From assembly GCF_009914755.1 (NCBI RefSeq), contig NC_060934.1: DNA of 64,000 bases; one strand, 5' to 3'. The notes under the pieces are model-generated. The model searched no databases, had not been told where the DNA came from, and saw only the letters and a list, made by a program, of their open reading frames with translations. Positions 39,443 through 51,900 of this stretch are shown here, piece by piece; the stretch's first letter is position 1, and each line of letters begins with the position of its first letter. The translations under genes and the position numbers were made by a program. This DNA is from the human T2T-CHM13v2.0 reference genome, Homo sapiens.

Positions 39443-41798
39443 GGGCCTCCCCACTGTTCTGTTGCTCCCCCAGGGTCAGACTCAGTCGCCTGTGGCCCCC
39501 CAGCCTCACACACCCTGAGCCCTCAGTAGATGTCATGAACCAGTGACTTTAAAATGAACCAACTGACTCTCACCCCAGGGGCCAGGCACAGCGGATTCCT
39601 TAGCCTGGCTACTGCTATTGCTCAGGGTCACTGGCTGGCTGTGGCTGAGAGTGTCCAGCCACACACTCCTTCCCCAGGATGTGGCCTCCCAGCTGGGGGT
39701 CTAAGGGGGCTCTGGATCACTGGCAGAGGGAGGGCAGCCCTGGGGGCCTCGGGAAGCTGTGGGGTGGAGCACAGGGCAGGGCGATGCAGGCCTGGCCCCA
39801 GCCCTGGAGAAGGAGGGACTCCACAGCTGCTCTCTGGGCAGCAGATGCCCCTGCCAGACGTCACATGCCTCCGGGCACCTCAGGGTGGGAGAACGGCCGA
39901 GGGCGAGCCCTCATGGGCGTGGGTCTTCAGAAGTGGCTATTTGCAGAGACAGGCTCTTCCTGGGCTTCCCGTCTCCACCCGAGTGGCTGCCTGCTGGTGG
40001 CAACACCATCCAGGCAGGGACTCAGGTGAGGCTGGTGGCGCCAGGGGCCTGCAGATGAGGCCCTTCCAGGAGACTGGGGCAGCCGTGGGGAGAGTGAGGC
40101 CCAGACAGCACCATGGGCCTGAGAACGTCCTCCCAGGCCATAGCCTGGAAGCGGGATGCCGGAGATTCCTGCTGAGGAAGGGGCAGAAGCCTGGACTCCA
40201 GAGGGCCGCCCACAGGTGGGACATCTGCCCGGGGAAGGGCCTGCAGGTCCTGGTGACCAAGGACACCCGGGAGCCTCTTCACTGGAGGAAGAGTCGGCTC
40301 AGGGCGGAGCCTGGCCACACAAAAGCGGCGTATCCCCCAGGGAGCCCGAGGCTGTGACCGGGAGGCCTGCAGCTGCCACGGATGCTGACGGACCTGCACT
40401 CACCACAGGAGGTCCGGCTGGAGGGCGGGTCTGGGCAGGGGCCACCGGGTCTGTCCTGCCCGGGGGACTGCCTGGCCCTGCCTGGTTTGCCCCATCACTG
40501 GAGCGCCCCAGTTTGGATGCCAAGTGCCGAGCTCGCACGGGTGACTCTACCTCGCTGAGAACTGACGAACCGTAAGTGGTGCATTCACAGAATTCACACA
40601 TCAAGCTTTTTAATTTCATTTCCAATTTAATATCATCTATCTCAGTCTGTTTCTCCTGTAACACAGTCTTTAAAGTTAAGTGGGCGCGACCCACTTAACT
40701 GTTCCCACCCCTTCCGGCACGGCACCGGCACCGTCCTGGGCGCCCCTCAGGGTTCTTGGGACCTGGATTTATTGACCTGCTCAGAGAGGAGCCCAGCGGC
40801 CGTGCAGATGGGAAGGCAGCTGCTCAGAAAACAGGGCGTCTTTATTTGTTCCCGACTTTCCTAGGCAACAAATTACCAGAGGCCGCCGACTCGTTTGGGG
40901 AAATTGCTTCTGGGAACAGTGTTATTTTTACCTCCGTCTTGCAATCCTCTCACCCACCTGGCACCCCACCGCCCAGCGCACGCAAGCCAAGTCCCGGAGC
41001 TGCCATGCTCGTCTGTGAGGAAACGCTGGAGCTGGGTGCCCAGGGCTGCTGGGGGTCCACGAGCCCCCGGGGCCAGGCCGTGAGCTTGGTCGGTGGGCCC
41101 ACGGCCGGAGGCTCCAGGCTGGTGAGGACCCTGGGCAGCAGGAGCCCCCATTGCCTTCTGGGATCTGGGCTGATGCTGCAACGCTGGCCCGGTGGCCCCA
41201 GGTGGCCTTACGGCCTCAAGGACAAGTGGGTGCCAGAGCCCAGGTCTCCCTGGAGGTCCCAGTTACAGAGGAGTCGCCGAGACCAACGGCAGGGCCTTCA
41301 CCCACACCCCGTGCAGGCATTTGTTCACAGGTCCCCCTGCTAGTCCTGATAAAGGGCGACGTGTGTGCACACGCGTGCACGGTGTGTGAGTAAAGTGGCA
41401 GAAAGAGTGTCATGAGGCGGTGACGCTACCGTCCCCACAGCCAGCCTCATCTCACTGACGCCTCCCTGTACGCATTGCTAAAAGATAACAGCTGTGATTT
41501 CTTCAAAAATTAGCAATAAAATTCCTGTTTGATCAAGTATTAAGCCTAGGTTCCCATTTTCTGGGTTTTCTTACACTTTGTACAATTTATTTGTAAAATC
41601 AGGACCAGCACAGGCCCCAGGTGTGGCTGGCTGATGTCCCGCCCTCCGTCTGGACCTGCCGGCCTCTGCCAGCCGCCTTTGTCTCCCCGAATACTCTTTG
41701 CTGAAGAAACGCCGGCCGGCATCCTCCGGCCAAAGTTCCCCCTGTGGACTCAGGGGTGGTGCCCACGGTGTTGTTTACAGGGTCTTGTGGCCCCTTGT

Positions 41799-42110
41799 CT
41801 TTTTTTTTTTTTTTTTTTTCCTTTTTTAAAAGACCAGGTCTCACTCTGTTGCCCTGGCTGGAGTGCAGTCGCGTGATCTCAGCTCACCGCAGCCTCAACC
41901 TCCCGGGCTCAGGTGATCCTCCCGCTTCGGCCTCCTGAGTAGCTGTGATTACAGGCACACACCACCACACTCAGCTACATTTGGTATTTGTGGTGGAGAT
42001 GGGCTTTCGCCATGTTGCCCAGGCTGGTCTCGAACTCCTGAGCTCTAAAGATCCTCTTACCTCGGACCCCCAAAGTGCTGGGATTACAGCGTGAGCCACC
42101 ATGCCCAGCC
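41799..42110 (-). mobile_element. Alu (AluJ-like)
   Basis: Poly-T followed by ggtctcactctgttgcc...cagcctcaacctccc...gagccaccatgcccagcc. Confidence 0.9.
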
Positions 42111-42257
42111 CCTGCGTGTCTTACAAGGTTGTGGCTGTGTCTGAGGTACTGACCGCCCAGAGGTGGTGGAGTCTCTCTTCCCACAATGGCTGTTGCCAAG
42201 TCCACTGACCCAGCAGGGGTCAGAAGGCCAATCCCCTCATCTCTTTTTCTTTCAGTG

Positions 42258-42592
42258 GCCCTGTAGACGCCTGCACAGGTCCCCCTGGTCCGTGGTCACT
42301 GTAGACGCCTGCATGATCCCCCGTGGTCTGGGGTCCCTGTAGACACCTGCACAGCCCCCCCGGTCCATGGTCCCTGTAGACGCCTGCATGATACCCCTGG
42401 TCCATGGTCCCTGTAGACGTCTGCATGATCCCCCGTGGTCTGCCGTCCCTGTAGACACCTGCACAGGACCCCATGGTCCGTGGTCCCTGTAGACACCTGC
42501 ATGATCCCCCATGGTCCGTGGTCCCTGTAGACACCTACACAGGCCCCCATGGTCCGTGGTCCCTGTAGACGCCTGCACAATCCCGCGTGGTC
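42258..42592. repeat. 38-bp minisatellite, ~9 copies
   Basis: ctgtagac at 42261, 42299, 42337 and onward. Confidence 0.92.
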
Positions 42593-42669
42593 AGTGGCTC
42601 CAGAGTCCTCCCGAGATGATGTCAGCAGCAGTGGCCCGGATTTCTGGTGCTGCTGGCCCCCGGCCCCGA

Positions 42670-42745
42670 CACACTCTTCCTGATCCAGCTGGGCATCACC
42701 ATTGTGCACACTCTTCCTGATCCAGCTGGGCATCACCATTGTGCC
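42670..42745. repeat. ~38-bp direct duplication
   Basis: cacactcttcctgatccagctgggcatcaccattgtg occurs twice. Confidence 0.88.
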
Positions 42746-45399
42746 CAGGGCTCCTTGCAGGGGCTGTGGGCTTTAGAGACCACAGAGTGTTTGCCCAGAG
42801 TGTTCACTGAGACTGGGCTATTCATTGTTTAACTGGGCAAACTAGGAGTGAGGAGTGTGGTGGGGACCACAGGTGCCAGCAGCCCGTGGGGACCTTGGCT
42901 CAGGGTGAAGCTGGGAGTCGGTCTGAGGATGCAGACCTAGGACCCGGCCATGCACTCAGAAGCAGCCGCCCCTCAGGAACCTCCCTTCCGATCTCTGTCA
43001 TGAGCTCCCTGGGGGTGGAGCAGAGGCTCCTGCTCTTCACAGGGCCACCGCAGAAGCCTCAGGCCCCAGCCCTGGCCTGTGGTCACAGCAGGGAACAGCC
43101 ACAGGCCCCGAGCTCTGCAGCCCACAGCACCCCCTGCCGAGGCCCAGCAGCTGACCTCTGTGACCTCTGTGCCGAGGCTTGGCTGACAGCACCATGTCCA
43201 GCCCTGCTGAGGCTTCCGTCTAAACTCCGCAGAGCACACAGCCCCTTCACCTCCCACACAGCACAGCCCAGTCAGGGAGCCCCAAGTCCACACAGGAACC
43301 AGCCATTTTCTCCAGGCGAGCACCCTTGCTGGGCAGGTAGGAGAGGGCAGAGTGGCGGTGGCAGGGCCGCCCCAGGCCACGCCAAGCTGCATGGAGGGAG
43401 GAGCAGGCCCAGCCAGGAGCGGTCGCAGTCCCTGTCCACCTGGCAGGCAAGCTGGGGTCACGTGAAATCACACGTGGGCGCCCTCGGTCAGGAAGACAGC
43501 ACCCACGGGCCAAGCAGCGAGCGTGTTTCCCTGCAGCATTGCCCTGGGAGGAGTGGACGCTCAGGTCTGGTCCAGGAAGCAGCTGGGGCTGGGGCGGCCC
43601 ACGGGCAGCAGGGCTGGCAGGAGGCTGGGGCCTGGTCCTTGTGTCCTTCCTGCTGGCCACACACCCACTACCTGGGTCCTGTGGCCCTCGGGGTGTCCTG
43701 GGCATGGCACAACCAGCGTGGGGAGATACTGCTAAACCTACTGACTCTTTGAGGAGTGAAAACGGAGGGCAGAGATTTGGGGGAGGAATTTTAAAGTCAA
43801 CTTGAAAGACTGGCTTAGTGGATCTGGCTGAGTCCAAATTGCATTTGGAGAAAATTGCTGTGTCAGGAATCTTTTTTTAACCTGCGGATGAGGAAGTCTT
43901 GTTTTATCCGTAGTTTAGGAGTGACAGGGTTGCGCTGTGTGATAAGGTGAGTGCAATGCTGGCTCCTCATGCCCCAGTGGGGGACCCCTGGCATCCGTGG
44001 GGCCACAGGCAGGGTCCTCTGGGGGTGGCCCACACGGGAAGATGCTGCCTTTTCTCCACCGAGGGCTGCGCCTGCCCCTCACTCCCCCAGCATCACAGGC
44101 CAGAGGTCTGGGACTGGCCTGGACACCACTCCTGACGTCCTGGGCAGCCTTGGACCCTTCTTCCCCCACCTTGGGCACCCTCAGGGCAAGGCACAGGTGA
44201 GGGGCAAATAGGAGCAGACCACCCACAGCGTGGATCCTGCAGATGCAGGCACAGTGGGCCACAGGGTCCAGGAGGAGGACGCAGCAATGCGGGGTGCGTG
44301 GGCTATGGGCCGGGAGCAGGATCTGAGCAGGATCCACCACCTCCGAGGGACACGGGGGCACCTCACCCCCTCTCAGCCCTGTCCCTGCACCTCACTCACC
44401 CCTCTGGGTCCTCCTGCCCACAGCCCTTGCAGGGCACGTGAAACCGGTCACTGTGGACCGGCCTTCGCCTCCGGCTCTGCCTCTGCCTCACGCCTCGTCC
44501 TGCGAGTCTCACGCCAGCTGCTCTGTGGCTATGATGATGGCTGAGCATATGGACGCACTGGTCAAATATTTGGAGTTTGTGAACTATATTTTGAAATTAA
44601 TGAGGATTTTGGCTTTCATAGACTTCCAAAATATATAAACATGCCAGCTTCTGGGGAGGATGTGATCCACCTGAAACCAACCCCTTGTCAGCAGGGTGTT
44701 TGCTCCTGGGTGGCGCCTTTAGGAGCCGAGGGTGCCGGGCTCTGCGGCCGCATGTGCTGGTGCCCGTGTCTCAGGCTCTGCGGGTTCCCCTGCCTCCTGG
44801 GTGATGATGTGGTTCCCAAACTCTCCGCATCTTCCAGGGAGGATGCCTGCGCTGCCGTGGCCACCTGCCCAGCCCAGATGGAGCCGTCGTGCTCAACACC
44901 AAGCCCCAGGGCCCCTGACCTGGTCTCCCCGTCTCTGTGGCACCAGCTGCTACCCACAGATGCAGTCGGTTCAAGTGCTTATCACCCCCCAGAGCAATTC
45001 TTGAGAGCAGGGCCTCCCGGTGGTGTACCCCCCACCCAGCCCAGCCCAGGAAGGTCCACTTGCTGCTTGTACGGGAGCCTTGTTTGGGGAGAGGGGCTTG
45101 TGAGGCTCTGACGAATGCCCTCGAGGCCCCGGGCACACACCGCAACCATCTGTCCATGGCTCTGCGAGCCACTGGCTTCTCCCCTTTCCACAATGCAGGG
45201 AGTGGTCCCCACGGAGGGCGTGAGTCCCTGCCCCCACTTCAGGTATTAGCTTGTTCTGGGCTTCGGCTATTACCAACAGCTCAAAGCAGGAATCACTGGC
45301 TCAAAGATTATTATAAATTTTTAAATAAAAAGATTATTTTTAGGCTCAAAGATATTTTGAAAGGAGAGAAAGCAATGTCTTAAGACACAAAGAACTGAA

Positions 45400-47612
45400 A
45401 AACTGCCCTACGGTGTGTGAAAAACTGCCCCGTGGCGTGTGAGAAACTGCCCCGCGGCGTGTGAGAAACTGCCCCTCGGCGTGTGAGAAACTGCCCCGCG
45501 GTGTGTGTGTGAGAAACTGCCCCGCGGCGTGTGAGAAACTGCCCCACGGTGTGTGAGAAACTGCCCCGCGGTGTGTGTGTGAGAAACTGCCCCGCGGCGT
45601 GTGAGAAACTGCCCCTCGGCGTGTGTGTGAGAAACTGCCCCGCGGTGTGTGAGAAACTGCCCCTCGGCGTGTGTGTGAGAAACTGCCCCGCGGCGTGTGA
45701 GAAACTGCCCCTTGGCGTGTGTGTGAGAAACTGCCCCGCGGCGTGTGAGAAACTGCCCCTTGGCGTGTGAGAAACTGCCCCTCGGCGTGTGTGTGAGAAA
45801 CTGCCCCGCGGCGTGTGTGTGAGAAACTGCCCCGCGGTGTGTGAGAAACTGCCCTGCGGTGTGTGAGAAACTGCCCCTCGGCGTGTGAGAAACTGCCCCG
45901 CGGCGTGTGAGAAACTGCCCCTCGGCGTGTGAGAAACTGCCCCTTGGCGTGTGTGTGAGAAACTGCCCCGCGGCGTGTGTGTGAGAAACTGCCCCTTGGC
46001 GTGTGAGAAACTGCCCCTCGGCGTGTGTGTGAGAAACTGCCCCGCGGCGTGTGTGTGAGAAACTGCCCCGCGGTGTGTGAGAAACTGCCCCGCGGTGTGT
46101 GAGAAACTGCCCCACGGTGTGTGAGAAACTGCCCCTTGGCGTGTGTGTGAGAAACTGCCCCTTGGCGTGTGTGTGAGAAACTGCCCCGCGGCGTGTGTGT
46201 GAGAAACTGCCCCTTGGCGTGTGAGAAACTGCCCCTTGGCGTGTGTGTGAGAAACTGCCCCGCGGCGTGTGTGTGAGAAACTGCCCCTCGGCGTGTGTGT
46301 GAGAAACTGCCCCTTGGCGTGTGTGTGAGAAACTGCCCCGCGGCGTGTGTGTGAGAAACTGCCCCGCGGTGTGTGAGAAACTGCCCCGCGGTGTGTGAGA
46401 AACTGCCCCTCGGCGTGTGAGAAACTGCCCCGCGGCGTGTGAGAAACTGCCCCGCGGCGTGTGTGTGAGAAACTGCCCCGCGGCGTGTGAGAAACTGCCC
46501 CGCGGTGTGTGAGAAACTGTCCCGCGGTGTGTGAGAAACTGTCCCGCGGTGTGTGAGAAACTGCCCCGCGGCGTGCGTGTGAGAAACTGCCCCGCGGCGT
46601 GGGTGTGAGAAACTGCCCCGCGGCGTGTGTGTGAGAAACTGCCCCTTGGCGTGTGTGTGAGAAACTGCCCCGCGGCGTGTGTGTGAGAAACTGCCCCGCG
46701 GCGTGTGTGTGAGAAACTGCCCCTTGGCGTGTGTGTGAGAAACTGCCCCTCGGCGTGTGTGTGAGAAACTGCCCCTCGGCGTGTGTGTGAGAAACTGCCC
46801 CTCGGCGTGTGTGTGAGAAACTGCCCCGCGGAGTGTGTGTGAGAAACTGCCCCGCGGCGTGTGAGAAACTGCCCCTCGGCGTGTGAGAAACTGCCCCTCG
46901 GCGTGTGAGAAACTGCCCCGCGGCGTGTGTGTGAGAAACTGCCCCGCGGCGTGTGAGAAACTGCCCCGCGGTGTGTGAGAAACTGTCCCGCGGTGTGTGA
47001 GAAACTGCCCCGCGGCGTGCGTGTGAGAAACTGCCCCGCGGCGTGGGTGTGAGAAACTGCCCCGCGGCGTGTGAGAAACTGCCCCTCGGCGTGTGAGAAA
47101 CTGCCCCGCGGCGTGTGTGTGAGAAACTGCCCCGCGGCGTGTGAGAAACTGCCCTGCGGTGTGTGAGAAACTGTCCCGCGGTGTGTGAGAAACTGCCCCG
47201 CGGCGTGCGTGTGAGAAACTGCCCCGCGGCGTGTGAGAAACTGCCCCTTGGCGTGTGAGAAACTGCCCCTCGGCGTGTGTGTGAGAAACTGCCCCGCGGC
47301 GTGTGTGTGAGAAACTGCCCCGCGGCGTGTGAGAAACTGCCCCGCGGTGTGTGAGAAACTGCCCCTCGGCGTGTGAGAAACTGCCCCGCGGCGTGTGTGT
47401 GAGAAACTGCCCCGCGGCGTGTGTGTGAGAAACTGCCCCACGGTGTGTGAGAAACTGCCCCGCGGCGTGTGAGAAACTGCCCCGCGGCGTGTGTGTGAGA
47501 AACTGCCCCGCGGCGTGTGTGTGAGAAACTGCCCCGCGGCGTGTGTGTGAGAAACTGCCCCGTGGCGTGAGAGAAACTGCCCCGCAGCGTGAGACACACT
47601 GCCCCGCGGTGT
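45400..47612. repeat. CpG-rich VNTR, 22/26-bp units GAGAAACTGCCCCGCGGCGTGT(GTGT), ~90 copies
   Basis: Directly visible over ~2.2 kb; source of the 980-aa and 729-aa minus-strand ORFs. Confidence 0.97.
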
Positions 47613-48603
47613 GCCAAAACTGCTAATCCTAGAAAAACCAGCGACTCAGGAATATTAATTTTCAAACAAATAATTATTTTAACAAAATTGCCAGGTGGAA
47701 CGACTTGCTTCCGACCACATCTAATTTGGTAAAATTGCTTTGGCCCGGTTGCCAGAAGCCTTGGCAGGAACCAGGCTGAGGCAGCTGGGCCAGCCACGGA
47801 GGGCAGCGCAGCCGACCCAGGCAGGGCCGGGCAGCACCAGGCGGCAGGTGTGATCAGACGGAGCGGGTCCCACGGAAGGGCGGGGGCTTGAGCTGGACAA
47901 AGGCTGGGCCAGTGGGTGGGCAGGACCTCAGGTACCAGGTCTACTCCAGGCAGCACCAGGGACAGCTCCCAAGCCGCTGCCGGCTCTGGTCCCCAGGGAG
48001 GGGCTGGCTGCACCATGGGCCTGCTCATGGCCCTCCAGGCCAGACGCCCCAGGGACGGCACCTGGGCTGACCCTCGAAGATGCTCCAGGGCTGTGGGTAA
48101 GGCAGGGAAGGCTTCATGAATGTCAGGACAGTGAGGCCCCGTGGGTGAGCCGGAGGCAGGCGAGGGTGTGGTCGGGAGGGAACGCGTGCTTGATCCCTCC
48201 TTGGTGGTACGGAGACAGGATTGTGGGGCCGCCTGCTTCCTCCTCACTGGACCCGCCCTCTTGCCTAAGCAGGACCCCGAGGGGTGCGGTGGGGGCTGGA
48301 TCCCCGTCCTTCTTGTGACCACGGCCCAGGGATGGCTGGCCAGACGGGGATGGCGTCCCAGCCCTGACAGAGCAGGGACAGGACCAAGAAAGGCCCCAGA
48401 GCCACCCCCACTCCTGGGAAGACCCCAACGATGGACTTGGCCCTGGAGGGACCACCAGGCTCCAAGAGGCAGCTCCTGACCCCCAGGATGGAGGCTTTTG
48501 TGAAAACCAGGTCATGTGGCTGATTATTCAGGTCTGGAAACCGGAATAGTCCCAAAAATGTAAAACCATCTGGACATTTGGCTGTTTCTGTTTCAGCCTT
48601 TAT

Positions 48604-48945
48604 CCCACGTTGAGATCAGGGTAGACCTGGGAGACAGCTGTGCAGGCAGCAGCACTCTGATACAGGGAAGCCGGAGCCGCGGACCTGTCCCACGTTGAGA
48701 TCAGGGTAGACCTGGGAGCCAGCTGTGCAGGCAGCAGCACTCTGATACAGGGAAGCCGGAGCCGCGGACCTGTCCCACGTTGAGATCAGGGTAGACCTGG
48801 GAGCCAGCTGGGCGGGACGCACTGCTCTGATACAGGGAAGCTGGAGCCTCGGACCTGTCCCAGGTTGAGATCAGGGTAGATGGTCTTGGAGCCAGCTGGG
48901 CGGGATGCGCCGCTCTGATGAAGGGAAGCCAGAGCCTTGGACCTA
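48604..48945. repeat. 85-bp tandem repeat, 4 copies
   Basis: cacgttgagatcagggtagacc at 48606, 48691 and 48776, plus a diverged fourth copy. Confidence 0.93.
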
Positions 48946-51900
48946 GATGTAAAAGCTCTGTGTTCACAAATCTTCCCGGGGACCCACATTAACTTCCGAG
49001 TCGGGAAGGAATCATCTGCATGAAATCGGGGGTTTCACGGTGCTCCCGCATCTTGGCGAAGATGGCGTTTGGTGGCCGTGGGCTTCACCGTCTGAATTCA
49101 TGGACGTTAACGGGCAGGAGCGCATGCATGTCGCTGTTAAGATCGGCAGTGTGGCTCTGTGGTTCCCTGTGATGAGCCCTCATTACAATTCCGGGCTGCA
49201 TGTGGTGGTTTCTGTGGCAGAGTTTATAAGTGTCCTCGCCCCACGTCTGTGGCCGGGTGCCCAGGCCACGTGTCAGCCCTGGGAGGGGTGGACAGAGACT
49301 CACATCGAACACTCGTGAGCCTGCCTGGAGCAGCCACAGTGCTTGGGGTGCACCGAAGGGGAGCCCTCCTTGGTCTGCTGAACCCTGACTCCTTGTAGAG
49401 GGCTCGGGCCTCACCAGGGCTGCCCTTGTGAGTCCAGGGCCATCGGGGGTGGAGGAGGACACCAGGAGGGAAGGCTGCGTGCTTGTGGGCTCCTGGAGGT
49501 CGTCCACCCACAGAAGCCGTGTTCTGATTATCAACACGCCCTCTGGCAGGACCCCCTGGAGCCAGGGCTCCCTCGGCAGCACCGGGCGCTACAACCAGAC
49601 CCGGGCACCAGGCAGCCAGCAGCAGGGGCTGTGCTCGGATGCAGCTCTACACGAGGATTTTGTGCCGGGTGCAGCCACTGGCTGGCGGGGACACTGTGGG
49701 TTCCCAACTACTGTGGCCTGGCCACATCCGCTCCCCTCCCCCACTCAAGTGTCCAGACAGAGGCTGGTGGAGCTCCTGGGCTGCAGAGGATTTATCCATC
49801 AATGCGCAGCTGAGGACGTCGGAAAGCCATGTCTGGGGTGGGGCCTGTGGGGCCTCGGGGAGAACGGGTGAAGGCATGTCACCCCCAGTGTGTGAGCAAA
49901 GCTACAGCATAGCCATTGCCCCAACAGCCAAGTGCACTCCTGCCCCTCACAGCCCCTGCCCCCGACACCTGCCTGGCTCCCTGGCCTGCAGAATGAGCAG
50001 AATCCCACACCCATCCAGCCCTCCCCACCTGATCCCAGACTTCCCCAGGTGCTCTCTGCCTGGGTCCCGGGTGGGCTCAGTGAGAGAGGAGGCCACGTGG
50101 ATCCTCTGTGGCCACCGGCAGGAGCCAACAGGAGCTGTGGGGGCCCCAGGCCACACCGGGGACCCCAGAACCTTGTAGGATCGGGGCTTTGCATAGGGCC
50201 TCCCTTCCCGTGAACACCCACTCAGAGCCTACTCCTGCCTTCTTTCAATACCCTCCACAAGCCTTCAGCAAAACCAAGGTTCGCGACTTGGGGAGGGGAG
50301 GCCTTTATGCCTTTTCCAAGGAGGAGAAGGTATCTGAGGCCCAGCGGGTAGAGGCCTACGAGACCCACGGCCTTGGCCTGAGGTGGGCATAGGATGCTGA
50401 GACAGAGCACATCCCTCACACAGCCGGACCCCTGACACGCAGAGTCCGCCCCACAGTACAGGCCGACAGAACCCTGTGCCGTCCCCCTGTAAGCCTGGAT
50501 GCGTGTGCCAGGGCCTTGCGCTGGACGCAGAGGCCTGGCCGAGGCACCCTGGACGCAGGCCCTGTGCGGTGAGGCCTTCCAACGTAAAACCCACCCAAGG
50601 GGCTCATTCTGCAGGGGGGCCCACAAGCGCCAAAGGGCCTGTTTGCCACACGTGGTGGTCAGTGGGAGCCACGTGAGCTTCCCCGGGGGCCTCCCGCCTC
50701 AGAGGAGGGAGACTGTGCTGGCCCTGTGTCCTCTCGGGGGCTCTGCTGAGTGCTTATTAAAGAGGCGGCAGCAGTGAGGAGATTTTAGGTTTGTTAATTT
50801 TATTATTTGGTTCTCAAACGAGGCTTCACCTCAGGGTAAGCACGAATCTGTTGGCTTGAATCTTGGCTAGGAATGGTCTGCACAAATTCAAACTGACGCT
50901 GGGGGGAGACGGCTGGTTGCCGTGGCAACCAGAGAGCCGTTTTTAATTCCGCACGGTGAGTGGCGGCTGCTGCCGCTGTCTCGGGAGGACGGTGGCCCTG
51001 GGTCCCGCGCGCTCTGCGGCCAGGCTGCCCGCTCCCCGGAGGCCGCCATTTCCCCTCTCGGCGGGCTTCTAAGTTCAGGCTCTCAGAGTCTCCACCAAAT
51101 GGCTGGAAACGAACAAACGCAAAGATCTCGAAAGTGTTCCAAAAAGAGGCAGGTCCTGCCCGAGATGCCAGTGGCGTGAGGCCACTGTTGCTCCAGAGCT
51201 CCGTATTTACAGCAAGCTCCTCACGCGAGTCCCCGGCAGCCACGGCCCCTCCAAACTCGGGGCTGGGGAGGGGCTCACCCTGGCGAGGGAAGACGGGGCT
51301 GGGGGCTCACCCCTGGCGAGGGAAGGCACCCATCAGCGTCCTGAGCCTCAGGCGTCGGCCTGACCTCCAACTCTGTTAACCTGCATGAGGCAGCGTCATC
51401 TCTGGGACTGTTTCCCGTTCTCCCACAAACAGCCTGCAGAACCCAAAGCCACAAGATGCAGAGAAACGTGGTCCCCTGGCTGAGGCCTTGCAGGCAACAC
51501 GGCCCACTCTCTCTGGGTAGGGGCGGGCCCATCCCCCATTGTTCCTTCCCTACGGAGGCAGCAGCCGCAGCTCAGGCCCCAAGGGGGACTGTGGCAGGAG
51601 CAGGCGGCCACCCACGGGCGCCCCACATCTCGTGTCCATCAGGACGTCCCCTCAGAGGGAGGAAGCCCACATCCACTACTAAGAGGGCTGAAGGCTCCTG
51701 GCGGGAGGCAAGTCTTCGGCCATGGCCCCAGCATTTCGGAGGAGGTCCCAGTGGCCTGCCCAGTTAATGAGGCCAGGTGGCGGCCTGGCCCCTCCCAGAA
51801 TAGAACCCCAAACTGACCTTTCCAGAAGGGAGGAAGAATCGCAGAGCAGTGGGAAGGGCTGGGGGGTCCCATGCACCCGAGACCCTGTGAGCCTGGGCCT

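Noticed and set aside
45380-48322. 980-aa and 729-aa minus-strand ORFs
   Set aside because: Explained by stop-free VNTR units; non-ATG starts and no protein-family signal.
48604-48945. Regularly spaced repeats (here, at 60665-60912 and others) as CRISPR-like arrays
   Set aside because: Whole units are duplicated with no unique spacers; eukaryotic context and no cas genes.
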